Notes under the pieces: generated by a model
The model's database searches: none
Told to the model about the DNA's origin: nothing
The model's input: the letters and a program-made list of their open reading frames with translations, nothing else
In this document: in pieces, positions 54,652-62,065 of the stretch
Position numbering within the stretch: the stretch's first letter is position 1
Layout: each line of letters opens with the position of its first letter
Translations under genes and position numbers: made by a program
Assembly: GCA_943354605.1 (NCBI GenBank)
Contig: CALRCK010000002.1
Coordinates: forward strand, 135,186-199,185
Direction of reading: 5' to 3'
Length of the DNA stretch: 64,000 nucleotides
DNA from: Candidatus Uhrbacteria bacterium
GTDB lineage: Bacteria; Patescibacteriota; Patescibacteriia; UBA9934

Positions 54652-55743
54652 CTAGAGCCCTGGAAAAACATCCATATACTTGGGAAGATCAATTATTCGG
54701 AGACCGGATGGTGGAATATTCTTCTGAATTTGCAAATCTGGATACCGCGAGCTGAGAAGCATGGAAACACACTCTCCAAGCGTCCCCTCCTTTTTCCAAG
54801 AGGCTTCACGAAAATCTGTATAAGATTGAATTCCAGTCTTCTCCTGATGTACCAAAATCCTTGGAATTAATACCATCTTTGGATCACTTTCCTTTCCTCC
54901 AAACTTCATCCAATACTTTTCAAAAAAGCTCAAAATTTCAGTACATTCCTCGTCCGTAAGATTCCGATACGACTTGTGTTCCGCAATGAAAGATTCATCT
55001 TTGGTTCTATTCTTCTGAATCCAGGCTTCAAGATTTCTCCGAGCTGAAATGTGGTCACGTTTATGAAATGCTTTTTTATCGTATGGCGGAGTAAGTCCGA
55101 TATGCCAACCTTCACAAACAAACTGAGCAAACCACTCCGGCGATACAACGCCGTAACGATATATGGAATCTACGTTATCGCCGATCGATGTTTTTCCTTC
55201 GCTATTAATATCTCCCCACCCTAAGAGCATCGGTGTACCAACGGCTCGGCCGATATCCATGATCCGTCGTAATTCACCCCAATCCCATGCCCTGGTCTGT
55301 GGATCAAGCCCGTGCTCACGAATAGATTCGGTAAAAAAACCGTTGAACGAATGAAATACGAAGCCGTTCCTAAAAAATCTCTCATGAATATATGAGACGA
55401 TCGCATTCGACGAATCATCATCTCGAACTCCCTGAATGCCGATCTCTTGGGCTATCAGCTGAACAAGTAAGGGGCTCGTCTGTTTTCGTCGTTCGTAGTC
55501 ATTTTGAAGAGACGACTCAGCCTTCTTCAATTCCTGGAGATATGAGGAAACGCTGGTTGCATTTGGAAAAAGAATCCAAAATTCAACAATCAATCCAATC
55601 AAAAGCTCGCGAAACTTTTCGGGAAATTCACGAATAATCTCAAGTGTTTCGGGCGAGTTGAGGAGCGCGGTGAGTTGGCGCTCCTGAACTTCCCTTTCTG
55701 AAACGGTTTCTTCGCGAAGATCTCCAGCAGCTTCAAAAGTCAT
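54652..55743 (-). CDS. AT-rich hypothetical protein, possible ADP-ribosyltransferase-like fold
   Basis: Long ORF; FHSFNG...SIREHGLDP and C-terminal IPPSGL segments. Confidence 0.7.
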   Translation of the reverse strand: MTFEAAGDLREETVSEREVQERQLTALLNSPETLEIIREFPEKFRELLIGLIVEFWILFPNATSVSSYLQELKKAESSLQNDYERRKQTSPLLVQLIAQEIGIQGVRDDDSSNAIVSYIHERFFRNGFVFHSFNGFFTESIREHGLDPQTRAWDWGELRRIMDIGRAVGTPMLLGWGDINSEGKTSIGDNVDSIYRYGVVSPEWFAQFVCEGWHIGLTPPYDKKAFHKRDHISARRNLEAWIQKNRTKDESFIAEHKSYRNLTDEECTEILSFFEKYWMKFGGKESDPKMVLIPRILVHQEKTGIQSYTDFREASWKKEGTLGECVSMLLSSRYPDLQIQKNIPPSGLRIIDLPKYMDVFPGL

Positions 55744-55764
55744 AGAACTGATCATCAGGAAATT

Positions 55765-55971
55765 CTACGGCGTGAGAACGAAAATCTTTGTGGCAAAGTA
55801 GGTGATAATAAGCGCAATACCAATACCCATCACTGCAAGAACCACATTCAAAACAGCTCGCGCATCTTTGTCGTCGTTAATGAAGCCGAAGAAGATATAC
55901 GCCGCGAAGCCGATGATCAAGAGAAGTGGAAAGCCGGTCAACACAATGCCGGCAAGAAGAAGCATGGACAT
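55765..55971 (-). CDS. Small membrane protein with two TM helices
   Basis: Two hydrophobic helices; TATACT box 9 nt before the ATG. Confidence 0.7.
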   Translation of the reverse strand: MSMLLLAGIVLTGFPLLLIIGFAAYIFFGFINDDKDARAVLNVVLAVMGIGIALIITYFATKIFVLTP

Positions 55972-56026
55972 ATTGCGTATAGTATAGCAAAAAAGAAAAC
56001 GACCTCCAAAAAGAGAGATCGTGTTC

Positions 56027-56101
56027 TGGTGCACCGGGCGGGATTCGAACCCACGACCAAGTGATTAAGAGTCACCTGCTCTACCGCTGAGCTACCGATG
56101 C
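56027..56101 (-). tRNA. tRNA-Lys (anticodon CUU)
   Basis: GCATCGGTAGCTCAGCGGTAGAGCAGGTGACT-CTT-AATCACTTGGTCGTGGGTTCGAATCCCGCCCGGTGCACCA. Confidence 0.96.
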
Positions 56102-56104
56102 ATG

Positions 56105-56232
56105 GTTGAACTTCCTCATTTCGCCCATTTTCGACTTGCTCCTCGACGATATCGACGACGTACCGAGAAGTACGTCTTGACGATCCCGTCTTCGTCGCGC
56201 ACCGAAACTGGTCTGAAATGAGAGCGTTCAAC
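56105..56232 (-). repeat. Structured long-hairpin element, family A, copy 5 (divergent), in the tRNA-Lys 5' leader
   Basis: Minus strand ACCAGTTTCGGTGC...GACGTAC ttctcg GTACGTC...GCAAGTCGAAAATGGGC with outer stems CTCATTTC/GAAATGAG and GTTGAAC/GTTCAAC. Confidence 0.85.
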
Positions 56233-56302
56233 GCCAGCAATGATGCACAATTTTTTGACCCGGGTCAAGAAAACGAGTACTATTGCGTCGTTCAGTGGAT
56301 AT

Positions 56303-56379
56303 GCGGGCATAGCTCAGTTGGATAGAGCATTTGGCTTCGAACCAAAGGGTCGGGGGTTCGAGTCCCTCTGCTCGCACCA
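56303..56379 (+). tRNA. tRNA-Arg (anticodon UCG)
   Basis: GCGGGCATAGCTCAGTTGGATAGAGCATTTGGCT-TCG-AACCAAAGGGTCGGGGGTTCGAGTCCCTCTGCTCGCACCA. Confidence 0.96.
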
Positions 56380-56413
56380 TAAAACGAGGAACCACATCGG
56401 TTCCTCGTTTTAT
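56379..56413. terminator. Bidirectional terminator between tRNA-Arg and rnc
   Basis: ATAAAACGAGGAACC-ACATC-GGTTCCTCGTTTTAT. Confidence 0.8.
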
Positions 56414-56426
56414 TTGAATCCTTCGC

Positions 56427-57119
56427 CTACCACCCCTTCTCCTTCAGTGCATTCGCGGCGGCGGAAATTTGGGCTTCTTGTTTGCTGGTTCCTTCGCCCT
56501 TTGCAACAAGATCTTTGCCAAGGTACGCGCCCATAATGAACGTCTTTTGATGATCTGGTCCGGACTCCTCGAGAACCTTGTAACTTGGCGTGATCGACAA
56601 TCGGGACTGCGCCGCTTCTTGGAACTTACTCTTTGGATCGATATACGAACGCTCCGCAATGATGTCGCCGAGCTTAGAGACAACGTGTTTCAAGATGAAT
56701 TCTTTCGACAAGTCCCAACCAAAGTCTAAGTAGATCGCACCGATAATCGCCTCCATCGCGTTCGCAAGAATGTATCGGCGCGCCTTGCTGTTGGAATCCT
56801 TCTCCTCGCCGCGCGACAGATACAAATACGGCTCGATGCCGATGTTCTGACCAATCACCGCAAGGCTGTCGCCATTCACGATGGACGACCGCCATGTTGT
56901 CAGCTCGCCTTCTGGATTCTCGTACGTGGTGTACAAATATTCTGTCACGACAAGCTCGAGAACAGCATCGCCAAGGAACTCCAAGCGTTCGTTATGCGCC
57001 AATGGAAAGTCGGGATGCTCGTTCAAATACGAACGATGCACCACGGCCTGTTCAAGATGCCCGCCGGGTTTCAAAGGAATGTTCAAAATTTTTGCGAGTG
57101 CGGCAATGTCTTTCTGCAT
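56427..57119 (-). CDS. rnc: Ribonuclease III
   Basis: NERLEFLGDAVL and EAIIGAIYLD motifs; C-terminal dsRBD. Confidence 0.98.
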   Translation of the reverse strand: MQKDIAALAKILNIPLKPGGHLEQAVVHRSYLNEHPDFPLAHNERLEFLGDAVLELVVTEYLYTTYENPEGELTTWRSSIVNGDSLAVIGQNIGIEPYLYLSRGEEKDSNSKARRYILANAMEAIIGAIYLDFGWDLSKEFILKHVVSKLGDIIAERSYIDPKSKFQEAAQSRLSITPSYKVLEESGPDHQKTFIMGAYLGKDLVAKGEGTSKQEAQISAAANALKEKGW

Positions 57120-57121
57120 AC

Positions 57122-57619
57122 TTATTCAACATCAGTCTGAGACGCGGCAGCGCCGGCGTCTCTACGAGTTTCTCGTTCCACGTCGGCCTGTTTCTTTTCC
57201 CCCTTTGCAGCCATGTCCTTCAAAATTGCTCCAAGCACGCCGTTCACAAACTTTCCGGACGCCTCTCCGCCAAACTTCTTCCCCAGCTCAATCGCTTCAT
57301 TAATCGCCACCTTCGACGGGATGGATTGATCGAAGCGCAGCTCATACACACCAAGTCGGAGAATGTTTCGATCGATGATGGTGATCGAATCCACGGTCCA
57401 GTTCGGCATGAAGGTATTGATCGTGGTGTCAATCTCGGGCAGACGGTTGATAATCTCGCCAACCTGTTGCTCAACGTATCCCCCGTCGTCGAACTTGGGT
57501 GCGAATTCTTCGCGAACCAACGCAACAACTTCCGGAAGCCGTATCGCCTCCTTTCCGCGAAAATCCCATTCGTAAAGAACTTGCATGGCCATTGTACGAG
57601 CCAGGTGGCGATTCGACAT
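57122..57619 (-). CDS. nusB: Transcription antitermination factor NusB
   Basis: IDRNILRL, VAINEAIELGK and FVNGVL motifs. Confidence 0.96.
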   Translation of the reverse strand: MSNRHLARTMAMQVLYEWDFRGKEAIRLPEVVALVREEFAPKFDDGGYVEQQVGEIINRLPEIDTTINTFMPNWTVDSITIIDRNILRLGVYELRFDQSIPSKVAINEAIELGKKFGGEASGKFVNGVLGAILKDMAAKGEKKQADVERETRRDAGAAASQTDVE

Positions 57620-57681
57620 AGATTGCTGAGAGTATACCGAAAACACCAAGGCCCGCCAAACGGCAGGCCTTGTGTTGAAAT

Positions 57682-57945
57682 TTACTCGTGGTTGTGACCT
57701 TCGTGACCCTTCATTTTCTTTGCTGGAGCCTTCTTGACCGTCTTGGCAATAGCCTTCTTTACCTCTGCAGCGCCCTGCTTTGCGACGTTGCGATCGCCGT
57801 ACGCTCCGCAGTTCTTACATGCGCGGTGTGGCAAGAGAATCGCCTCACACTTTGCACATACTGCAACCTGCTGTGGTTTGAGAGCGTGGTGGGAGCGGCG
57901 TCGGCGAACCTTGGAACGTGAGCTTCGGAATGACGGCAATGGCAT
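57682..57945 (-). CDS. rpmF: 50S ribosomal protein L32 with a C-terminal extension
   Basis: RRRSHHAL and CxxC...PHRACxxCG motifs. Confidence 0.95.
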   Translation of the reverse strand: MPLPSFRSSRSKVRRRRSHHALKPQQVAVCAKCEAILLPHRACKNCGAYGDRNVAKQGAAEVKKAIAKTVKKAPAKKMKGHEGHNHE

Positions 57946-57959
57946 AAACGATATTTATA

Positions 57960-58080
57960 GGATTTCTTTATTTGCGACAAATTTGGGTGCGCGACGAGAA
58001 AAGCTTTCGAGACGTACGTATTGGTACGTTGAGAAAGTTTTCGATGTCGCAAGGCCAAAGTTGGCCAAATAAAGGAATCC
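57960..58080 (+). repeat. Structured long-hairpin element, family A, copy 6 (upstream of rpmF)
   Basis: CTTTC GAG ACGTAC gtattg GTACGT TGA GAAAG core; 15-bp outer stem GGATTTCTTTATTTG/CAAATAAAGGAATCC. Confidence 0.9.
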
Positions 58081-58196
58081 GTGAATGCGCAAAGAGTAGC
58101 CAAATATCCAATTGACGTCAAGCCAGAAATAGGGCTATTCTCTTGCACCGGCGCAACCGCGCAGGCAGCAAGAAACCCAGAAACCCGGACATTCCC

Positions 58197-59483
58197 GTGA
58201 TCGACCCGACCGAACGCCGTTCCCCGCTCTTCACCACACTCCTCCCCACCTCGCTCTACGCGGTTCTCGCCAACGTCGATGCGAACGGCAATCTGCCGTC
58301 CGCAGACAGCGGCGGCACCCAGGGCGGCGTCATCTTCCTCCCGGACGGGAACTGCGAGGCCCTCGGGACGAACCTCTGGATCGTCCGCCACGGCACGCGC
58401 CACGTTCCGGAAGGGAAAACGCTCCAGATCTACGCGCCGGGCAACCACCTGGCGAAGGAGATCGGCGGGAACGCGGAGCAGAACCCGTGGTTCGACCAGT
58501 ACGGGGCGCCCTCGCTCGTGGTGTCCGCATTCGAATCCGGTATCACCGGCGCGGACCGCGCCATGGCGCAGGCCATGGCGGACGAGCTCAGCGACATCGA
58601 ATACATGCACGCACTCGACGCGTGCAGCAACGAGATGCTGGCGCATGCGCTCTACACCGACCTACGCGAGCACGTGTCGCTCGAGGAACACCTCGCGAAC
58701 ATCCACGAACTCGAAGGGTTCGCGGACGCGAGCAGTGGCACGATGGGCGACGAGATCCGCGAGTTTCTCGTCGCGATGCGCAATCCGCGCGACAAGATCG
58801 GCCGCTACAACGTGTACCGCAAGGTGCTCATCGTGCGCGCCGTTCAGCGTCGGGCCAAGGGCATCGTGACGGACAAACTCGATCGCGTGCAAGAAATCGT
58901 CGCGGCCCAGAACGCCACGGCGATGTACATCGGCGACGTGGAGCGTTTGGCCGGACGTGCCGCAAGCGTGCTCACCGACAAGCAGCCGTGGTGGACGAGC
59001 AACGGCATCCTGCCGAGCGTCGATCAACACATGCGCCGCAAGTTCGCGAACCGCCTGCGGGGCTACGTGGCCAGTCTCGAATGCATCTACGCCAACCCGT
59101 TCCGTCCGTGGGCAGCCCTCGCGGCGTACCGCATGAACGCGATGGTGATGGGGCTGGAGACGGACCGCTTCCAGGACATCGGCTCCAACTCCGATCACGC
59201 CCGGGGGTACCTGCAGGCGATGCGCGTCCAGGAACGCGTGTCGCGGGGGGTCATGTCGGTTCGGCAAGACGGTGGCATGAGCGCGGCGCATGACGCGCTC
59301 GCTCACGCCATCGACTGGTCGCTGCAGACAGCACCTCGCCTGCGCATCTCCACCGCGAACGTGCGAGAGATCGTTCATGAGAGCCAGGTTGGGCAGCGTA
59401 CCGGGTCCAAGGCGCGGCGGATCGAGGCCTTGCGCAACGTAGAGTGGAACCTGATGGCCGTTGGCGTCGCGCACGCGGCGTAG
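58197..59483 (+). CDS. Hypothetical protein, GC-rich orphan
   Basis: Long ORF with G/C-rich third codon positions; GC-rich 3' hairpin; start codon uncertain. Confidence 0.75.
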   Translation: MIDPTERRSPLFTTLLPTSLYAVLANVDANGNLPSADSGGTQGGVIFLPDGNCEALGTNLWIVRHGTRHVPEGKTLQIYAPGNHLAKEIGGNAEQNPWFDQYGAPSLVVSAFESGITGADRAMAQAMADELSDIEYMHALDACSNEMLAHALYTDLREHVSLEEHLANIHELEGFADASSGTMGDEIREFLVAMRNPRDKIGRYNVYRKVLIVRAVQRRAKGIVTDKLDRVQEIVAAQNATAMYIGDVERLAGRAASVLTDKQPWWTSNGILPSVDQHMRRKFANRLRGYVASLECIYANPFRPWAALAAYRMNAMVMGLETDRFQDIGSNSDHARGYLQAMRVQERVSRGVMSVRQDGGMSAAHDALAHAIDWSLQTAPRLRISTANVREIVHESQVGQRTGSKARRIEALRNVEWNLMAVGVAHAA

Positions 59484-59546
59484 ACGGAACACGACGACAA
59501 CACGGACGGCCAGGCAACCCTCGGGAAGCCTGGCCGTCATGCGTTT

Positions 59547-61994
59547 CTATTTCTTTTTTTCCTTTTCTTTCGCAGCCTTCATCGCCTGAATCTCCCGCAT
59601 CGCACTATCGAAGGAAACAATCGCGCCAACCGGAATCTTCTTCGCTTGGTCCTCGGAAAGTCCGTTTTCCTGCAGCGTCATGTTTTTCAATCGCGTAATG
59701 CGCGGCGTGCTCCAATTGAGTCCGTTCTCACGCAACATGTGGTGAAGAATCTTATAAATCCATTCCCCCTTTGCCATCACGTGCTGCGTATTGCCTTCTC
59801 GAGGAATATCCTCGTAGGCTTTTGCTGGAACAGATTCGTACCCTGGTCCTGTCGATCCCGCAATCCAGCTTGGTGCGGATTCCGCATGCTGCTGAGCAAT
59901 AGACTGCGAAACATCGTGAGGCTGGTGCTCCACTGAACTAGGAGCTCCGTATGCCGGATGCTGCAATGTCGGCGGCATTTTTCCTTCCATCGCATCCAAC
60001 ATTGAATCCACCGACGCGAGATGAATCGTTTGCCCAATCTGAAGGGTGTCCCAATCCACGCCAGGATTTTCCAAATCGGCGTAATGTTTTAACGTCATGA
60101 TCTTCTCGTGCGTCGGCCGCAATCCCCGATCGTGAATCTTTTCACTGAGCACTTTCCACAACGTTTCACGAGGTGCGACAATATGATCGGTGTTCGGCGC
60201 TTCGGCATGCGTCGCGATTGCTGGTCCCGCGCCCTCTGTGTCTTTGTCGCCTTCACGATCAACGCCAAACGATTCCGACGATCCGTCGTCGATCGTTGGG
60301 TTTTCAAGTGCGCCAGCCACGATATGCGAAGGGTCCGAGTCATTCTCACCGAGCTCGTGAAGTGCAATTGCACCAGCGCCCGCAACAGCACCAAGCCCGG
60401 CAACACCAGCAAACAGTGCGCGAATCTTTGCGCCTGGTGTACGAAGCTGCTTGGACCACCACCCCTCAGGCGCTTCCGAAATAGGTTCTCGTGGAGCATC
60501 CGATGCCGGATGAAGCGCCTCGTGGAGGTTTCGCAAACGTTCCGCATCTCGTTCGCGCTGTTCAGCACGTTGAAGGAGACGTTCACGAGCGCCCTGTATT
60601 GCCACAATGTGCGAACGATCCGCGTTGTTCTCGTAATCCAATCCCTGCATCACTTTCGCAAATGCGTGTTCAACATCTTCCGCAGTAGCGTCGAACGCAA
60701 CGCCAAGCCATTCCTCTGGAGTCTGTTCTCGCACCGATGCTCGTTCAGGGAGAACGTTTGCCATTCGGCCGTGATGCGTTGGAATATCCGAAAAGTCCTC
60801 TTCAGGAGTCGCGACCAGAGGCTTGTGCTCTGGATGCGCCGCGAACCACGCATTCAAGGCTTCAATCCGCGCTTTCACGATAATGAGTTGCGGAATCTCG
60901 TCCGCAACATCGGATTGACTGTCCTCCGACTGCAACGTATCCATCGCGGCAATCACCTCGGGAGACAACGGTCCACGCAACGACTCCACTGAATGCCCCG
61001 TCATCAACGCCAACGACTCAAGAACATCTTCCTCAACTTGGTGGAGCATTTCCAAAATCTCCTGACGATTTTCTCGGGTTTCATTTACGTCGTGTTCTGC
61101 TGCCCTACGACGAGCAACGTCCACACGGTCCTGGAAGCTTTTTTGGATGATGGGGAGTTGCTCGGCAATAATACCGAGCCCTTGCGGATTACCTTCGTAT
61201 GTTTCAACTGTTGCAGGGGGCACATGAGACGATGCCGGAGTTGTCCCAGGATCAGAATGAAAAATATCGCTTTTTTCACCTTTATCATCTGGAACAATAA
61301 ATTCTGAATCCAAATCTCTTGCATCACGAGCATTGCTGTGCGATGGCATGTCCTCTAATTCAGATAACGCACGCGAAGGCGCCTTCGGGGGCTCAAGAGG
61401 TACCGACAATATCTGAACATGCTCCTCAAGCTCGGCACTTCGTTCAGAAGAGATACCCTTTTTCTGCTTTTCACGCTTGTACCACGCCAAAATCTGTTCC
61501 CAAGTCATTGTCCTATTTCGTTGAGCGTTTCCCAACGCTAAACGTTCGAGCATGCGCGAGGTTCGATCCACGCCGGGCGCCTGTCCATGAATACTTTTTG
61601 GGAGAAGCCGAAGAACTGTTTCCAATCGCTCAGAACGTCGTCCAAACTTTTTCTGCGCTTGCGTGATGAGATGCTCAAGAAATCCAAGAACAGCCAATTC
61701 GTGTTCATGCTCTGGTGTTGATTCCCAATGTCCATCCGGACCATGTCCGGCTTCCTGCCTGTCACGCATCAAAAAATACCGCTGACGAGCTCTTCCCCAA
61801 ATAGGATCCGCAAACGAAGGGTGTTCCTTGACCATTCGATCAAATCGGCGCTGTGCTTCACCGTTGCGTCGTTCTGCCTCGGTCATTCCTTTATGAAACT
61901 CCGCGTCTAATCGCAAAAACACCTCTGGAGCATCGCGCCTCGATCTCCCCCCAGGAGGCGTGTTCCCAGGAGTGAGTAATTCTTTCATGGACAT
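59547..61994 (-). CDS. Large single-pass membrane protein with a degenerate J-like segment and two C-terminal LysM-like domains
   Basis: WLGVAFDATAEDVEHAFAK segment; TM helix LFAGVAGLGAVAGAGAIAL; HIVAPRETLW...LQIGQTIHL and HVMAKGEWIY...IPVGAIV. Confidence 0.7.
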   Translation of the reverse strand: MSMKELLTPGNTPPGGRSRRDAPEVFLRLDAEFHKGMTEAERRNGEAQRRFDRMVKEHPSFADPIWGRARQRYFLMRDRQEAGHGPDGHWESTPEHEHELAVLGFLEHLITQAQKKFGRRSERLETVLRLLPKSIHGQAPGVDRTSRMLERLALGNAQRNRTMTWEQILAWYKREKQKKGISSERSAELEEHVQILSVPLEPPKAPSRALSELEDMPSHSNARDARDLDSEFIVPDDKGEKSDIFHSDPGTTPASSHVPPATVETYEGNPQGLGIIAEQLPIIQKSFQDRVDVARRRAAEHDVNETRENRQEILEMLHQVEEDVLESLALMTGHSVESLRGPLSPEVIAAMDTLQSEDSQSDVADEIPQLIIVKARIEALNAWFAAHPEHKPLVATPEEDFSDIPTHHGRMANVLPERASVREQTPEEWLGVAFDATAEDVEHAFAKVMQGLDYENNADRSHIVAIQGARERLLQRAEQRERDAERLRNLHEALHPASDAPREPISEAPEGWWSKQLRTPGAKIRALFAGVAGLGAVAGAGAIALHELGENDSDPSHIVAGALENPTIDDGSSESFGVDREGDKDTEGAGPAIATHAEAPNTDHIVAPRETLWKVLSEKIHDRGLRPTHEKIMTLKHYADLENPGVDWDTLQIGQTIHLASVDSMLDAMEGKMPPTLQHPAYGAPSSVEHQPHDVSQSIAQQHAESAPSWIAGSTGPGYESVPAKAYEDIPREGNTQHVMAKGEWIYKILHHMLRENGLNWSTPRITRLKNMTLQENGLSEDQAKKIPVGAIVSFDSAMREIQAMKAAKEKEKKK

Positions 61995-62065
61995 ATTGCA
62001 CACATTTTATCACAAGAAAACTTCCCCATCATGAGGAAGCTTTCTATACACACCCGCCCAACAAT

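Noticed and set aside
54652-56027. Prophage or integrative element at tRNA-Lys
   Set aside because: No integrase, no phage genes and no duplicated tRNA 3' end found.
6141-58080. Family A hairpins as integron attC sites
   Set aside because: No conserved RYYYAAC/GTTRRRY ends across the copies, no cassette array and no integrase; the copies flank core genes.
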